The translations under genes were made by a program, and so were the position numbers. A stretch of DNA of 64,000 bases, from the NCBI GenBank assembly GCA_022616475.1, contig JAKEEP010000056.1, positions 900 to 64,899 of the forward strand. Reading direction: 5' to 3'. Below are positions 1 to 10,700 of this stretch, piece after piece. Origin of the DNA: Phycisphaerales bacterium (GTDB taxonomy: Bacteria > Planctomycetota > Phycisphaerae > Phycisphaerales > SM1A02). How positions within the stretch are numbered: the stretch's first letter is position 1; every line of letters begins with the position of its first letter. Under the pieces are notes generated by a model. The model was not told the DNA's origin and did not search any database. It worked only from the letters and a program-made list of their open reading frames with translations.

Positions 1-1
1 G

Positions 2-736
2 CGAACGCCGCTCAATGCGATCATCGGCTTCACGGGCACGCTGCTCATGAGCCTGGCCGGCCCGCTGACGCAGGAGCAAGACAAGCAGCTTCGCACGATT
101 CAATCCAGCGCGCGTCACTTGCTCTCGCTGATCAACGATCTGCTTGATCTGGCGAAGATCGAATCTGGCAAGGTCGATGTGCATCTTGAGCAGGTGGTGT
201 GCCAGACCGTGATCGACGAGGTGGCGGGCTCCATGCGCCCGCTGGCGGAAGGCAAGGGATTGACGATCGAGGTCAAGGCGCCGCGACAGCAGGTGACGGT
301 GACGACCGATCGCCGCGCGCTCAATCAGATTCTTCTGAACCTGACCAACAACGCGATCAAATTCACCGAGAGGGGAAAAGTGGAGATCGAGCTGGATCAA
401 ACGCGAGACGGGGCGGGCAGGCAAGTCCAGATTCACGTGCGCGACACGGGCATCGGCATTCGGGCCGAGGATCAAGCCAAGCTCTTTCAGGCGTTCTCGC
501 AGGTGGATGCCTCGGCGGCGCGCCGGTATGAAGGGTCGGGCCTGGGCCTGCATCTGAGCCAGAAGCTCTCGCACATGCTGGGAGCGCAAATCACCTTTGA
601 GAGCAAGATCGGCGCTGGCAGCGTCTTCACGCTCACTCTGCCTGAACGATCACGCGCTCTTGGAAACGGAGCCACTGACACATGGGCGCCCGAATTCTCG
701 TCATTGAGGATAACCCAGCCAACCTTGACCTCATGA
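2..736 (+). CDS. Sensor histidine kinase, C-terminal part (5' end lies outside the window)
   Basis: The frame is open from base 2. The phospho-acceptor region reads RTPLNAIIGFTGTLL...ARHLLSLINDLLDLAKIESG. It is followed by HATPase_c boxes: N-box LLNLTNNAIKFT, G1 VRDTGIGI, G2 GSGLGLHLS. Confidence 0.9.
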   Translation, partial: RTPLNAIIGFTGTLLMSLAGPLTQEQDKQLRTIQSSARHLLSLINDLLDLAKIESGKVDVHLEQVVCQTVIDEVAGSMRPLAEGKGLTIEVKAPRQQVTVTTDRRALNQILLNLTNNAIKFTERGKVEIELDQTRDGAGRQVQIHVRDTGIGIRAEDQAKLFQAFSQVDASAARRYEGSGLGLHLSQKLSHMLGAQITFESKIGAGSVFTLTLPERSRALGNGATDTWAPEFSSLRITQPTLTS

Positions 737-1494
737 TGTACCTGTTGGCGGCGTTCGGGCATACACCGCTCAGCGCCACCGAAGGATCAGAGGGGCTGGC
801 GGCCGCGGCGGCATTGCTGCCGGACTTGATCATTTGCGATGTTCAGCTGCCCACCATGGACGGATACGAGGTGGCGCGGCAACTGAAGGCGGATGCGGCG
901 CTGCGATCGATCCCACTCATCGCGGTGACGGCATTTGCGATGCCGGGCGACCGGGACAAGGCGATTGCGGCGGGTTTCGACGGATACATTGCCAAGCCAA
1001 TCGCTCCCGATCAATTCATACAGAACTTGGATCACTTCCTTCCTGTCAATAAGCGATCGACGCCGCGCGAATTCGCGCCAACGAGGTCATCGCCGCCTGT
1101 GGTGGCTTCGCGACGGGGAACGATCCTGGTGGTTGACGATTCCAAAATCAATTGCGACCTGATCCGCAGCACGCTGGAGCCGATGGGATACACACTCGTT
1201 GTCGCCAACAGCATTGAGAGCGCGCTGAGCGCCGGGGGTAGCCAGGCGGTTGACATGGTGCTTTCGGATTTGCACATGCCCGATGGCAACGGCGACGAGT
1301 TGATCCGCGTGATCAAATCGGATCCAAAGATGAAAGGCACGCCGGTCGTGATTATCTCATCGACCTCGTCGGGTCACATCGACGCACGGAACATCGCGGC
1401 ACTGGGGGCGGCCGGCTTGATCCTGCGTCCGATTGAGCCTGAGGAATTGCTGAATCAAGTTGAAGCCTGCTTGGCGCAACGTGTTGAGATTTGA
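682..1494 (+). CDS. Response regulator with two receiver (REC) domains and no output domain
   Basis: REC1 reads ILVIEDNPANL...DLIICDVQLPTMDGYEV...IPLIAVTAFAM...YIAKP. REC2 reads ILVVDDSKINCDL...DMVLSDLHMPDGNGDEL...PVVIISS. It overlaps the upstream kinase by 55 nt. Confidence 0.9.
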   Translation: MGARILVIEDNPANLDLMMYLLAAFGHTPLSATEGSEGLAAAAALLPDLIICDVQLPTMDGYEVARQLKADAALRSIPLIAVTAFAMPGDRDKAIAAGFDGYIAKPIAPDQFIQNLDHFLPVNKRSTPREFAPTRSSPPVVASRRGTILVVDDSKINCDLIRSTLEPMGYTLVVANSIESALSAGGSQAVDMVLSDLHMPDGNGDELIRVIKSDPKMKGTPVVIISSTSSGHIDARNIAALGAAGLILRPIEPEELLNQVEACLAQRVEI

Positions 1495-1495
1495 C

Positions 1496-3697
1496 ATGGC
1501 AACGATTCTGATCGTTGATGACCGGCCGCTGAATCGCGAGTACCTTCGGACTCTGCTCGGCGCCTGTGGCTACGGACTCGTGGAAGCCGTCGATGGAGCG
1601 GAGGCTCTTGCCAAGGTTCGTCAAACGCGCCCGGATCTGGTGATCGCCGACATTCTGATGCCGACCATGGACGGCTACGAGTTCTGCCGGCAGCTTCGGC
1701 GCGATCCGGCGATTGCCGATACGCCAGTCATTTTTCTGACGGCCCACTATGCCGACGAGGTCGCCAAGAGCCTGGCGGAGAGCTGCGGCGTATTTCACAT
1801 CATGACCAAGCCGGTGGAGCCCGATGTGATCCTCTCGACCGTCTCGCAGGTGCTGGGTCTGCCGGCGCCGGCTGCGGCGCGTCGCGCATCGGGGGCCTTT
1901 GAGCGCGAGCATACGCGGCTTCTCACCGATACCCTGGCCAAGAAGGCCAATGACCTCGAGGTGAGCAATCGGCAGCTCACGGCGTTGATCGAGCTCGGTC
2001 AGCAAATGGCGGCTGAGCACGATCCCAAGCGATTGCTCCAACTGTTTTGCCCGGTGGCCGGCAAGATCGTCGAAGCGGATTACACGGTGGTAGCGGTTCT
2101 AGACGACGACGGCTCACACCTGCGCCACGTGCTGGCGACCGGCGTGCACCCTGCAACCGTCGGACAAATCACTTCGACCTCAGCGGTCGAAGGGCTCTTG
2201 CGCTGTTTCTCGAACAGCCGCTCGGCGGTGCTGATCACAGACAGCGCGAACGATCCAATGTCGCAACAACTTCCCCAAGAGTATCAGGACCTGCATTCGC
2301 TCCTGGTGGCGCCGATCGCCTCATCAACGCGGCACTACGGACTGCTGTGCCTGGGGGGCATCATCGGAATGGAGAAACCCAACGGGTCGCAACGGCGGCT
2401 GGCGTCCAGCCTTGCGGCGCAGATTGCCGTCAATTACGAGAATGCGATCCGTTACGAGCAGATCCAGCGACATTTGGCCACCTTGGAGGAGGAAATTGCG
2501 AATCGGCGACGCGCGCAGGGTCAACTGGATCGCCTGAACGCGGAACTCGAACAACGCGTGGACCAGCGAACGCAGGAACTGGAGCGCACGCATCATCTCC
2601 TGCGGCATTCGGAGCGGATGGCGGCGATCGGCACGCTGTCGGCGGGCTTGGGACACGACATGGGCAACCTGCTGTTTCCAATCCGCATTCGATTGGATGC
2701 GATGCAGAATGAGCATGCGCCGGCTACATCCGAAATGCGCAGCCACATCGATGCGGTCCGCAAGTGCATGGATTACCTTCAGACACTCACCAACGGTCTT
2801 CGAATGCTGGCGCTGGACCCTGACGAAGATGATGTCGGCTCCCCGGTGACTGAACTGGCGTCGTGGCGGGTCTCGCTCGAGCCGCTGCTCAAGAGCGCCG
2901 TGCCGCGAAGCATCATGTTGGAGTTCGATTTTCCGGAGAATGGTGTTCCGCCGCTGCGCATCGCACCCCACCGGCTGACCCAAGCGGTGTTCAATCTGGT
3001 CAACAATTCATGCGACGCCATGCGGCAGCAGAGCGGAGGCCGCGTGTGCATCAGACTTCGCGCCACGGCCGACGAGTCGATGGGCGTGCTGTCGGTCATC
3101 GATACCGGGCCGGGCATGTCCGATGATGTGCGCCGGCGCGCTGTGGAGCCGTTCTTCACGACCAAGCGGCGCGCGCTCTCAACGGGTTTGGGGTTATCGC
3201 TGGTGCACAGCATTGTTGATGCGGCGGGAGGGACGGTCGAGATCGACTCTGAACTTGGCCGCGGAACAACGATCGCGTTGACCCTGCCGCTGGCCGGGGA
3301 CGCGGCTTCGCCCTCGGGCATGCGTGGCGTGACACGGCCGGTCGCCGCGCTCGCCTTGGGCGACGAGCGGTTCAAGGCGCTGGTTCACACCGTGCTCGAG
3401 TCGATCGGATATCAAGTGAGAGCCAGCGGCGAAGAGACTTCGTCTCCAGGGTCGGATGCGAACGTGCTGGTGGTGGAAACCGGCGAAGAAGGGCTGGAGA
3501 CGGCCCGGGCGTTTATGGCCGAGCGCGAAGATCGGCGCGTGGCGGTTTTCGGCGAGGCCGACGACCGTTGGTCGGAGCTGGGCGCGATTCGCGTCGGCAA
3601 TTCATGCCGGCTGAGCGAGCTGCGCAGGGCCTTCCGCCGCTTGTTGCCCGCAGTTCCCTCGCGCAGCCATGCTATGACCAGCAAGACCGACGTTTAG
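1496..3697 (+). CDS. Hybrid sensor kinase: N-terminal REC, GAF-like region, coiled coil, HisKA/HATPase_c, C-terminal receiver-like tail
   Basis: The ATG at 1496 lies 2 nt after the upstream stop. REC reads TILIVDDRPLNREY...DLVIADILMPTMDGYEF...PVIFLTA. The H-box region is MAAIGTLSAGLGHDMGNLL. ATPase boxes are FNLVNNSCDAM, VIDTGPGM and STGLGLSLV. Confidence 0.9.
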   Translation: MATILIVDDRPLNREYLRTLLGACGYGLVEAVDGAEALAKVRQTRPDLVIADILMPTMDGYEFCRQLRRDPAIADTPVIFLTAHYADEVAKSLAESCGVFHIMTKPVEPDVILSTVSQVLGLPAPAAARRASGAFEREHTRLLTDTLAKKANDLEVSNRQLTALIELGQQMAAEHDPKRLLQLFCPVAGKIVEADYTVVAVLDDDGSHLRHVLATGVHPATVGQITSTSAVEGLLRCFSNSRSAVLITDSANDPMSQQLPQEYQDLHSLLVAPIASSTRHYGLLCLGGIIGMEKPNGSQRRLASSLAAQIAVNYENAIRYEQIQRHLATLEEEIANRRRAQGQLDRLNAELEQRVDQRTQELERTHHLLRHSERMAAIGTLSAGLGHDMGNLLFPIRIRLDAMQNEHAPATSEMRSHIDAVRKCMDYLQTLTNGLRMLALDPDEDDVGSPVTELASWRVSLEPLLKSAVPRSIMLEFDFPENGVPPLRIAPHRLTQAVFNLVNNSCDAMRQQSGGRVCIRLRATADESMGVLSVIDTGPGMSDDVRRRAVEPFFTTKRRALSTGLGLSLVHSIVDAAGGTVEIDSELGRGTTIALTLPLAGDAASPSGMRGVTRPVAALALGDERFKALVHTVLESIGYQVRASGEETSSPGSDANVLVVETGEEGLETARAFMAEREDRRVAVFGEADDRWSELGAIRVGNSCRLSELRRAFRRLLPAVPSRSHAMTSKTDV

Positions 3698-3940
3698 GCT
3701 GAGCCTGCCCGTCCTCGCCTTCTGCCGCCATTAGCACCGCCCGCCGGCTTTGCCGCTCTGTGCTTCGGCGCCATTCTCGTGCTCGGCACCAGCCCGATCA
3801 GTAAACAACCCCAAACACTCGGCTTTGGCTGCGGCCAATCGCGGCTTGCTTATGATTTACCGCAGACTGCATCGCGCGGCCCCTGACCGTCACATGTGAA
3901 GGGGACAACGATAGTTCGAGGGGTGTTGGAGCCAAACTCA

Positions 3941-4747
3941 ATGGGCCTCGATTTCATTCCGCTGTGGGTCTTCTTCATTGGAACAATCGTCATCATCCTT
4001 CTCTCGTTGGAAGCAGGGTTTCTATTTGGGAGGCGGGTTATCCGGCGTTTCTCCGATGAAAAGGAGTCACCAACCGCTGCGATGGGGGGTGCCGTGCTCG
4101 GCCTGGTCGCATTCTTGCTCGCCTTCACCTTCGGCATCGCCGCCGCGCGGTTCGACACTCGAAAGCAACTGGTGCGCGACGACGCCAATTCGATCCGAAC
4201 CGCGTACCTGAGAGCGGATTTCATGCCTGACCCGGATCGAACCGAATTCAGGCGGGTGCTCAAGGACTATCTCGATCTGCGGATAGACTTCGCACATCCG
4301 AAGGACTTTCAGAAACACCCCGAGGTCATGGCCAAGGTCGCCGACATGCAAGGGCAGCTCTGGGATTATGTGGTTGCACATGGGAGGACGGACCTGGATT
4401 CCGACATAGGCGCCCTCGTGGTTGAGTCTGTGAACGAGATGATCAATGTTCACGCGCTGCGCGTGGCGGTGGCAATCGAAACCCGCATTCCCATGGGAAT
4501 CTGGATGATCATGTATGGGCTTTCGGTTCTTGGCATGGTGGCCATGGGTTACCAGGCGGGAATCGCCGGTTCGAGGCGGTCGCACACGATCATAGTCTTG
4601 GCGGTGTCGTTTGCGCTGGTCATGACGCTGATCGAGGGCTTGGACCGCCCAAATACACCATTGGTTTCGGTGACGCAGCAGCCGCTGATCGATGTTCAAG
4701 GTTGGATCGAAGCGACACAGGGTGGTTCGAGTGGCGAGCATCGTTAA
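3941..4747 (+). CDS. Integral membrane protein of unknown function (DUF4239-like by recollection)
   Basis: Hydrophobic helices occur at the N-terminus (FIPLWVFFIGTIVIILLSL, GGAVLGLVAFLLAFTFGIAAA) and C-terminus (IWMIMYGLSVLGMVAMGY, IIVLAVSFALVMTLI). The start is uncertain: GTG 3896 or ATG 3941. Confidence 0.65.
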   Translation: MGLDFIPLWVFFIGTIVIILLSLEAGFLFGRRVIRRFSDEKESPTAAMGGAVLGLVAFLLAFTFGIAAARFDTRKQLVRDDANSIRTAYLRADFMPDPDRTEFRRVLKDYLDLRIDFAHPKDFQKHPEVMAKVADMQGQLWDYVVAHGRTDLDSDIGALVVESVNEMINVHALRVAVAIETRIPMGIWMIMYGLSVLGMVAMGYQAGIAGSRRSHTIIVLAVSFALVMTLIEGLDRPNTPLVSVTQQPLIDVQGWIEATQGGSSGEHR

Positions 4748-5048
4748 GGGGGGCGACGGAGCTGCGTTTGATTGGGGGGCGGGCCGGGGTTGGGCCAAGA
4801 GGCTGCGGCGACCCAAGAGATATCGGAACCTGGAGCGTGCATTTGGCACGACTCGCGGCTTTGGGCGCCGGGCAAGCAGAACCAGCGTAATTTTGTGTGC
4901 GCTGCGCGCGGACTTTTGTGTAGCGGAGAAGGTGTTTGTGATAGACTGCGAGCTTGGGCGGCCGGCAAGATCTCATGCGCGCGGGTCGGCCGGCGTCTTT
5001 GTCGCAGCGCGCCTGATGTTGGTCATTGAACGCTGGGGCGAACGTCTG

Positions 5049-7046
5049 ATGGGTTCCCCGAACATATTTGAGCCGCCGCTGGAGATTCCGGACGGCTATG
5101 TCGCCATTCCGATCAATTCGGAGGATTTGAGCAGCGCGCCGGTGCGATTGTCGGTGCTGGTGCGGATTGCGCCGGATGATCTTGGCGGACGACTGGTTGT
5201 GCTTCGCGAGACGCTGGATGCGCAAGTATTTCTGGGATGCATTCTGGATGCGGCATCGCAAGCGGTGAAGTGGGTTGAAGTGTGGGTGCAGAATCCGGAT
5301 GGGGTGATTGGGAGCGCGGCGGCATGCCGGGAGGCGCTGTCGAATGCGGCGCTGGACCGCCGGTGGGAGCAGTTTTTCCGGGCGCTGAGCGCGCACGATC
5401 GGAGCGCCGTGGTGACGACGGGTTGGGAGAGCGCTCATCCGGCGCCGGTGGTGTTGGATGTTGGGCGCAAGTGCGCGGTGAAGCTGATGGACCAAGAGTC
5501 GGGCGGGCATTGGGAGTTGTGTCAGGACGATCAGCTTCTGGCGGAGAAAGGTCTGCCGAAGTACGGCGGTTCGCTGGCGCGATACCTGTATGTGGCGCAG
5601 GCCAAGGGGAAGAGCGGGTTCGTGGCGGTGACCGGAGATGCGCCGACGAACGCCGTGACGAAGGCCCTGACCGACGTTGTGCCAAAGGGGAATGCTATTG
5701 GGTTCAATCTCGGCGGGGGTTTGATCCTGGTTCAGCCATTCAGCCCTGTTGGGATCGAGCAGTTCCTGGATATTCTTGGTGGCGGCGCGTGGAGCGGATT
5801 GCAGCATGGGCGCACGGCGATTCAGTGGCGCCAGAAGGATCGTGATGGCGGCGCGGAGCGGTCGGATGGAGTGACCTCGAATGGAAGCCTGTTCCTGGAG
5901 AGACATGGGCGGTCGGGGCGGCTGATCGAGTCGCTGCATTTGAAGCTGAGGTTGATTGCCGATGCGATTTCCGCTGTGCGGGGACTGGTCGCGCGAACGC
6001 AGGCTCCGCTGCTGAATATCACGCCGGAGAGCTTTGCGGTGCGATTGGGCGAGTCGGGGCTGGGGCTGCCGTATTTGTGGACGTCGCGAACGGCCCTGAA
6101 GGACCCTGGCACGGCGATCGCGCTGCCGATTCAGGCGAGCGACGTTCAATATTTCGTGCGCGGTGGTTCATCGGGAGTTTCGATCTATCAGCCGGATTCA
6201 GCGGGCGGAGCAGTGAGCGGGCGCGGGCCGGTGCGAATCCGGCAGGTGATCAACGACACCGGCGGCGGGGTGGTGGTGGAAGGCACGTTGACAACGCACG
6301 AGCGAATCGCGCCGGCGCGGAATGACCTGTTGTGGATTCGGCTGAACCTGGCGGGGCAGCGTGTGGATGTGTATTCGCGATTGGATGTTGATGCGGCGAT
6401 GGCGAGCGGCGAGGTTCGGTTCCGAAGCGTGCCTCTGCGATTCGACGCGGCGCTGGTGAAGAGCTTGCGATCTGCGGAGGGAGTGCCGATTGCCAATGCA
6501 TCGTTTGAGATCATTCCGCTGTTGAGCAGTCCGTGCGATTTGTATTCGCTGGCGGTGCTGGCGGTGCGAGCGCTGTTTGTCAACGGAGAGACCTCGCTGC
6601 CCAAGGCGCTGGACGAGGTTCTGAGCCTGGCGCGGCAGTTGGCTCTGGAGCACGATGAATCAGTGGGCTTGCGGCTGCGGATTCAATCGCTGTTTGACGG
6701 AGACAAGCGTTGGCTGGGCTCACTGGGACCGCATCGGTTGTTGCACGAGTCGGTGAAGCCTGGCGAGGCGTTCGATTTGATTCCGGGTGAATTGTGGTGG
6801 GACACCGTTGGATTGGTGGTGCGCATGTTGCCCGGGGTCGGGCCCGATAGCTTCTGTCTGGACTACAGCGATGCGCAGGCGGGCGGAATTCACAAAGTGT
6901 TTGATGGGGCGCAGCAGGAACTTGAAACGCTGCTGGTGCGCAGCCGCAGTCTGATTGTGATTGACTGGCGATTCAACCGTGAGATTCACAGCGTGATCCG
7001 GCGGCTTGTGGCGGGGATGACGGGCGAGACTGCGGGGAAGGCGTGA
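5049..7046 (+). CDS. Hypothetical cytoplasmic protein (~665 aa), first gene of the T6SS-linked + strand block
   Basis: Long uninterrupted ORF in a high-GC context, co-oriented with and closely followed by the next gene. No signal peptide or TM helix is visible. No motif I can name with confidence. The start (5016 or 5049) is uncertain. Confidence 0.65.
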   Translation: MGSPNIFEPPLEIPDGYVAIPINSEDLSSAPVRLSVLVRIAPDDLGGRLVVLRETLDAQVFLGCILDAASQAVKWVEVWVQNPDGVIGSAAACREALSNAALDRRWEQFFRALSAHDRSAVVTTGWESAHPAPVVLDVGRKCAVKLMDQESGGHWELCQDDQLLAEKGLPKYGGSLARYLYVAQAKGKSGFVAVTGDAPTNAVTKALTDVVPKGNAIGFNLGGGLILVQPFSPVGIEQFLDILGGGAWSGLQHGRTAIQWRQKDRDGGAERSDGVTSNGSLFLERHGRSGRLIESLHLKLRLIADAISAVRGLVARTQAPLLNITPESFAVRLGESGLGLPYLWTSRTALKDPGTAIALPIQASDVQYFVRGGSSGVSIYQPDSAGGAVSGRGPVRIRQVINDTGGGVVVEGTLTTHERIAPARNDLLWIRLNLAGQRVDVYSRLDVDAAMASGEVRFRSVPLRFDAALVKSLRSAEGVPIANASFEIIPLLSSPCDLYSLAVLAVRALFVNGETSLPKALDEVLSLARQLALEHDESVGLRLRIQSLFDGDKRWLGSLGPHRLLHESVKPGEAFDLIPGELWWDTVGLVVRMLPGVGPDSFCLDYSDAQAGGIHKVFDGAQQELETLLVRSRSLIVIDWRFNREIHSVIRRLVAGMTGETAGKA

Positions 7047-7099
7047 ACGGAAAGGAGTGGAGCGGGGAAGGCGTGCTCATTCGTGTGGGACAAACAATC

Positions 7100-7636
7100 A
7101 TGAAAGGAACGACAATGCGAAGGGTTTTGTGCGTGGCGACGATGATGGCGGCGATGTCGGTCTTGGGCGGATGCCCGCCGAAGTACGGACCGTATCAAGT
7201 TTCGCTGAATCTTGATCCGGGTCTGAAGGAAAACAACCAATGGCGCTCGGTGGAAGTGGACCTGGTGGGCGTTGGGGATCACGAGCGAGCGCAATGGGAG
7301 AGCAAGTCGATCGACGAATATTTTTCGTCCGGAGATTCGCTGCGGGCGGATGCGAGGGCGAACGGGCAAGCGCACACGCTGAGGTTCTCCAGCGCCGACG
7401 CGGCGAAAACGCTCACACGCAACGACCCGATCTGGAAGAACTGGAAGACCAAGCAGAACATGTTCGTGATCGCGGACTTGAGGTGGTATAGCGATGCCGA
7501 CGATGCCAAGGGACTGCATCGACGGCTGATAGTGCCGATCGACACGAGCCGCTGGGAGAGCGGGCAGGCGATTGAGATTGCGGTTCGCCGAGCGGGCCTG
7601 CAATACAAGACTGAACCCAAGCCGGAGGAAAAGTGA
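7100..7636 (+). CDS. Lipoprotein (~155-aa mature form); possible TssJ-like T6SS outer-membrane lipoprotein
   Basis: The signal peptide has a lipobox: MRRVLCVATMMAAMSVLGGC. Size and position in a T6SS cluster fit TssJ. The mature sequence (VSLNLDPGL...VEVDLVGVGDHERAQWESKSIDEYF) only loosely fits my recollection of the SciN/TssJ pattern. Confidence 0.6.
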   Translation: MKGTTMRRVLCVATMMAAMSVLGGCPPKYGPYQVSLNLDPGLKENNQWRSVEVDLVGVGDHERAQWESKSIDEYFSSGDSLRADARANGQAHTLRFSSADAAKTLTRNDPIWKNWKTKQNMFVIADLRWYSDADDAKGLHRRLIVPIDTSRWESGQAIEIAVRRAGLQYKTEPKPEEK

Positions 7637-7712
7637 CGTCGGCGCAGAAGCAGTGACGCTCGGTTGGGCCGATGGAAGGGCCGAGTGAGCAGCGACGGCG
7701 CGGGAACAGTTC

Positions 7713-10700
7713 ATGCCGACCTACGGTGGCTACGAGACGGTTCGCGAGTTGTACAGCGGCGTGCGCGGGTCGTTGTATTCGGCGCGGATGGCGGGCACGC
7801 AGGAGGCGCCGAGCTTTGCCGTAAAAACATTCACACCGGCGTATGGCGGCGGCGGTTGGGCCAGAGGCGAAACGGAACTGTTTCTCGAATCGGCGCGGAT
7901 TCAGAAGCGTCTGGCGGAGACCGAGCCGAACTTCTGGGCTCCGATACTTGAGTTCGGCGCCGAAGGCGAAGCGTTCTATGTGACCAAGTTGTACGCGAGG
8001 TCGGCCCAGGACCTTGTTGGGGGTCGCGTGCGACTGTCCTCGTGGCAGCTGGCCCGGATCGTGGGAGCGGTCATCGCCGGGCTGCGGCACATTCAGCAAG
8101 CCAGCAAGCGGCCGAACGGGAATGTGAAACCTTCCAACGTACTCTTCGGGGGCGGTGATTTGGAGACGTGCGAGATCGTGCTGAGCGATCCGTTGCCGGA
8201 TCGACGGTTGGGCGCGGATCGGTCAGAGGCAGTGGATTTGAAGGCGCTGGGCGGGTTGATCGGCGCGCTGGTGCTGCACCGGGCAGGCGTGGGCGAGGAG
8301 GAGGTCGCCAACAGCTCGCCGGCCGCATGGAAGGGACTGGGGAAGGACAGTGCGGCGTGGCGGGAATTGTGTCTGCGGCTGTTGAGGGCGACGGCGGCGG
8401 AGCCCGGCACAACGCTGGAAGCGGCCGCGGGCGAAGCGGAGCGCCTGGGGCGGAAGCGCAAACAAGCGTGGCCCTGGGTGGCCGGCGGGAGCGCAGCCGC
8501 AGCGGCGGCGGCCATCGCCGTGATCTTGATTTTGAGGATGGAACCGCCGCCGGAGCCGGTAGCCCCAGGGGACCCGACTTGGAGGCGACTGTGCCTGGAG
8601 CACGAGAGTTGGTTCAGAAACCTTCGCAGATCAGAGAATCTGCGGCAATTAGGCGGAGTGGCTGGCGAACTGCAGACCCTGCGGTCGCTCCCGGCGGAAA
8701 AGAAAAGTGATGATCCGCTGAATCCCTACCGCATGGGAGCGGGCGAGGGTTTGACGCGCATTGATGAGCTGGCTGGACTCCAGCTCGACACACGGCTGAT
8801 TCAAAAGGCCACCGGCGCGCTCAAGACGATTGACGCAGTGCGCGCGGAGCTGAAGGGATGGGAAGCGCGTGGCGCGCTGCAAGAACTGCTGGTGGTCGCG
8901 GAGCAGAACAAGCTGGGCGATGCATCCAAGCATCTGGAAGAGCTGCTGGAGCAGAGCGCGCCGCCGGAACGAGAACCTCTGGAAGAAGCCGCGAACATTC
9001 CTGAGCGATTGGTGGGAGAGGCGGCGAGCGAATTGGCGAAGCCGGATGTGGCAGAGATCGCGGCCCTGATTTGGGCGCATCGCGAGGCGGTCAAGGCTTT
9101 GCCGGGGCAGTTTCAGCTTGTTGCGGGATCCGGGGATGCCGTTGCAGCGAGGTTCACTGAATTCGTCTTGAAAGAGGCCGGCGGTGAGGCGACGGCGCAG
9201 CAATTCCTGCAGAAACTCAGTGATCGGCATCCGCTGGGGGAGAAGTTGGCCAAAGCGGTGCAGGACAGATGGCCCAAGGTCGACCAGGCCTACTTCAAGA
9301 AGCACGCCGATGTGTACGGCGAAACCGTGATGGGCGAGGGAACGTTCGCTCGCTGGATCGAGCGCGTGGCGATGAATGACTTCGGCCTGCTGGCTGCGAA
9401 GGACGATCCGAGAAGCGGCTGGAACGGGCCGGAAGAGTTGACCATGGCGAGGCGTGAAGCCTCGGAAGTGGAAGCGTTGAATTCGAAGGATCCGGATCCC
9501 AAGATCGCAGCGGACTTGGCGAGCGCGAACCAGAAGTTGAACGAGTTTGAGGCGCGGATTGCAGAACTCTCTGGATTTGAGTGGAATCGCGAGAACAAAG
9601 ATGTCATCCAAAGCCGGAGCGCCGAACTCCGCAATTCGATGGCCTCGGTCGGCTTGTCGTTGGAACACATGAAGGGGGAGTTGATCGGCGGGTGCGAAGA
9701 GTACATCGCCAGCGCGAAGCGGGAAGGGCGCATCTCGCCATCAGACGCGGTGAACGCTTTTTGGGTGAGAGTTCGCGATGAGCGAATCGCCGGGGCCTCT
9801 ACGTGTCAGAACGCCAGGTCGCAGATCAGGCCGATACGGGAGAAGCTGGTGAAGTTTGAGGAAGAGTTGCCGCGCGGGTTGGCTGCGGCAAAAGCTCCAA
9901 CAACATACGACGCGGAGAAAGGGAACGCGGCGGCTGCGAAGAAGCGAGAGTCCATTATCGCCGCGGCGCTCAGCGCTGAGGGCGCGGCTGAGGGTGACCT
10001 GACGAACCAGGCGAGCATCGCCCGCGAGGAATTTGAACGTTGGCAGCGCGATGCCGCGCGGGTTGTTGAGAGTTTTGCGGCAGTCGAGGATCGCCTTCAG
10101 GAGACGCTGGGTTTTGATCTGAAGGGCGACAAGACGGTGCTTGCGTTGTATGCGGAGGCAAAGGGGGAGCCGTTCAGCGAGCTGGCTGAGTCGCTGGAAT
10201 TGGTGAACCGCCGTCTCAAGGCGATGGAGGACATTCGGGCCGGCCACGACTCCGCGACGCTTCGACAGCACTTGCTTCAAGGAGATGTGCCCACCCGCGT
10301 GGCGGCGTGGATCCAATTAGGCGCCGTGGAGAGCTGGCCGCAGGGATTGGACGACCTGCAACGGGAAACGGAGATGTGGGCAGAGCTGCGCGGCGAGATG
10401 GAGAAAGCGGCCGGCGGCGGCGAACGACGCCGGGCGGTAGCGCAGACGATTGGCAACGAGCTGGCGCGCGAAGCTCCAAAGAGGTGGAATCGATTCTGCC
10501 GTGGGCTGGATTTCAAGAAACTCGATCGGCGAACAGTCAATGCGGCCGGAGCGGCGCTCGACAAGCTGGGCGAGCACAAGGGTGACGCGGAGCCGTCATT
10601 GCGGTATGACTTGTTGCTTTGCGATTTGACGCTGGCGATAGGAACGGAACCAGGGCTCGAAGACGCACAGCTGAAGGCGGTTCTGGCGGGGTTTGACGAC

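Noticed and set aside
4620-6149. A 509-aa minus-strand ORF. Similar long antisense ORFs occur at 8649..9668, 13852..15039, 18530..19879, 28712..29707, 29912..31024 and 42337..43353.
   Set aside because: They are Arg/Pro/Gln/His-rich low-complexity translations lying fully antisense to genes with strong motif support. These are typical stop-codon-poor shadows in high-GC DNA.
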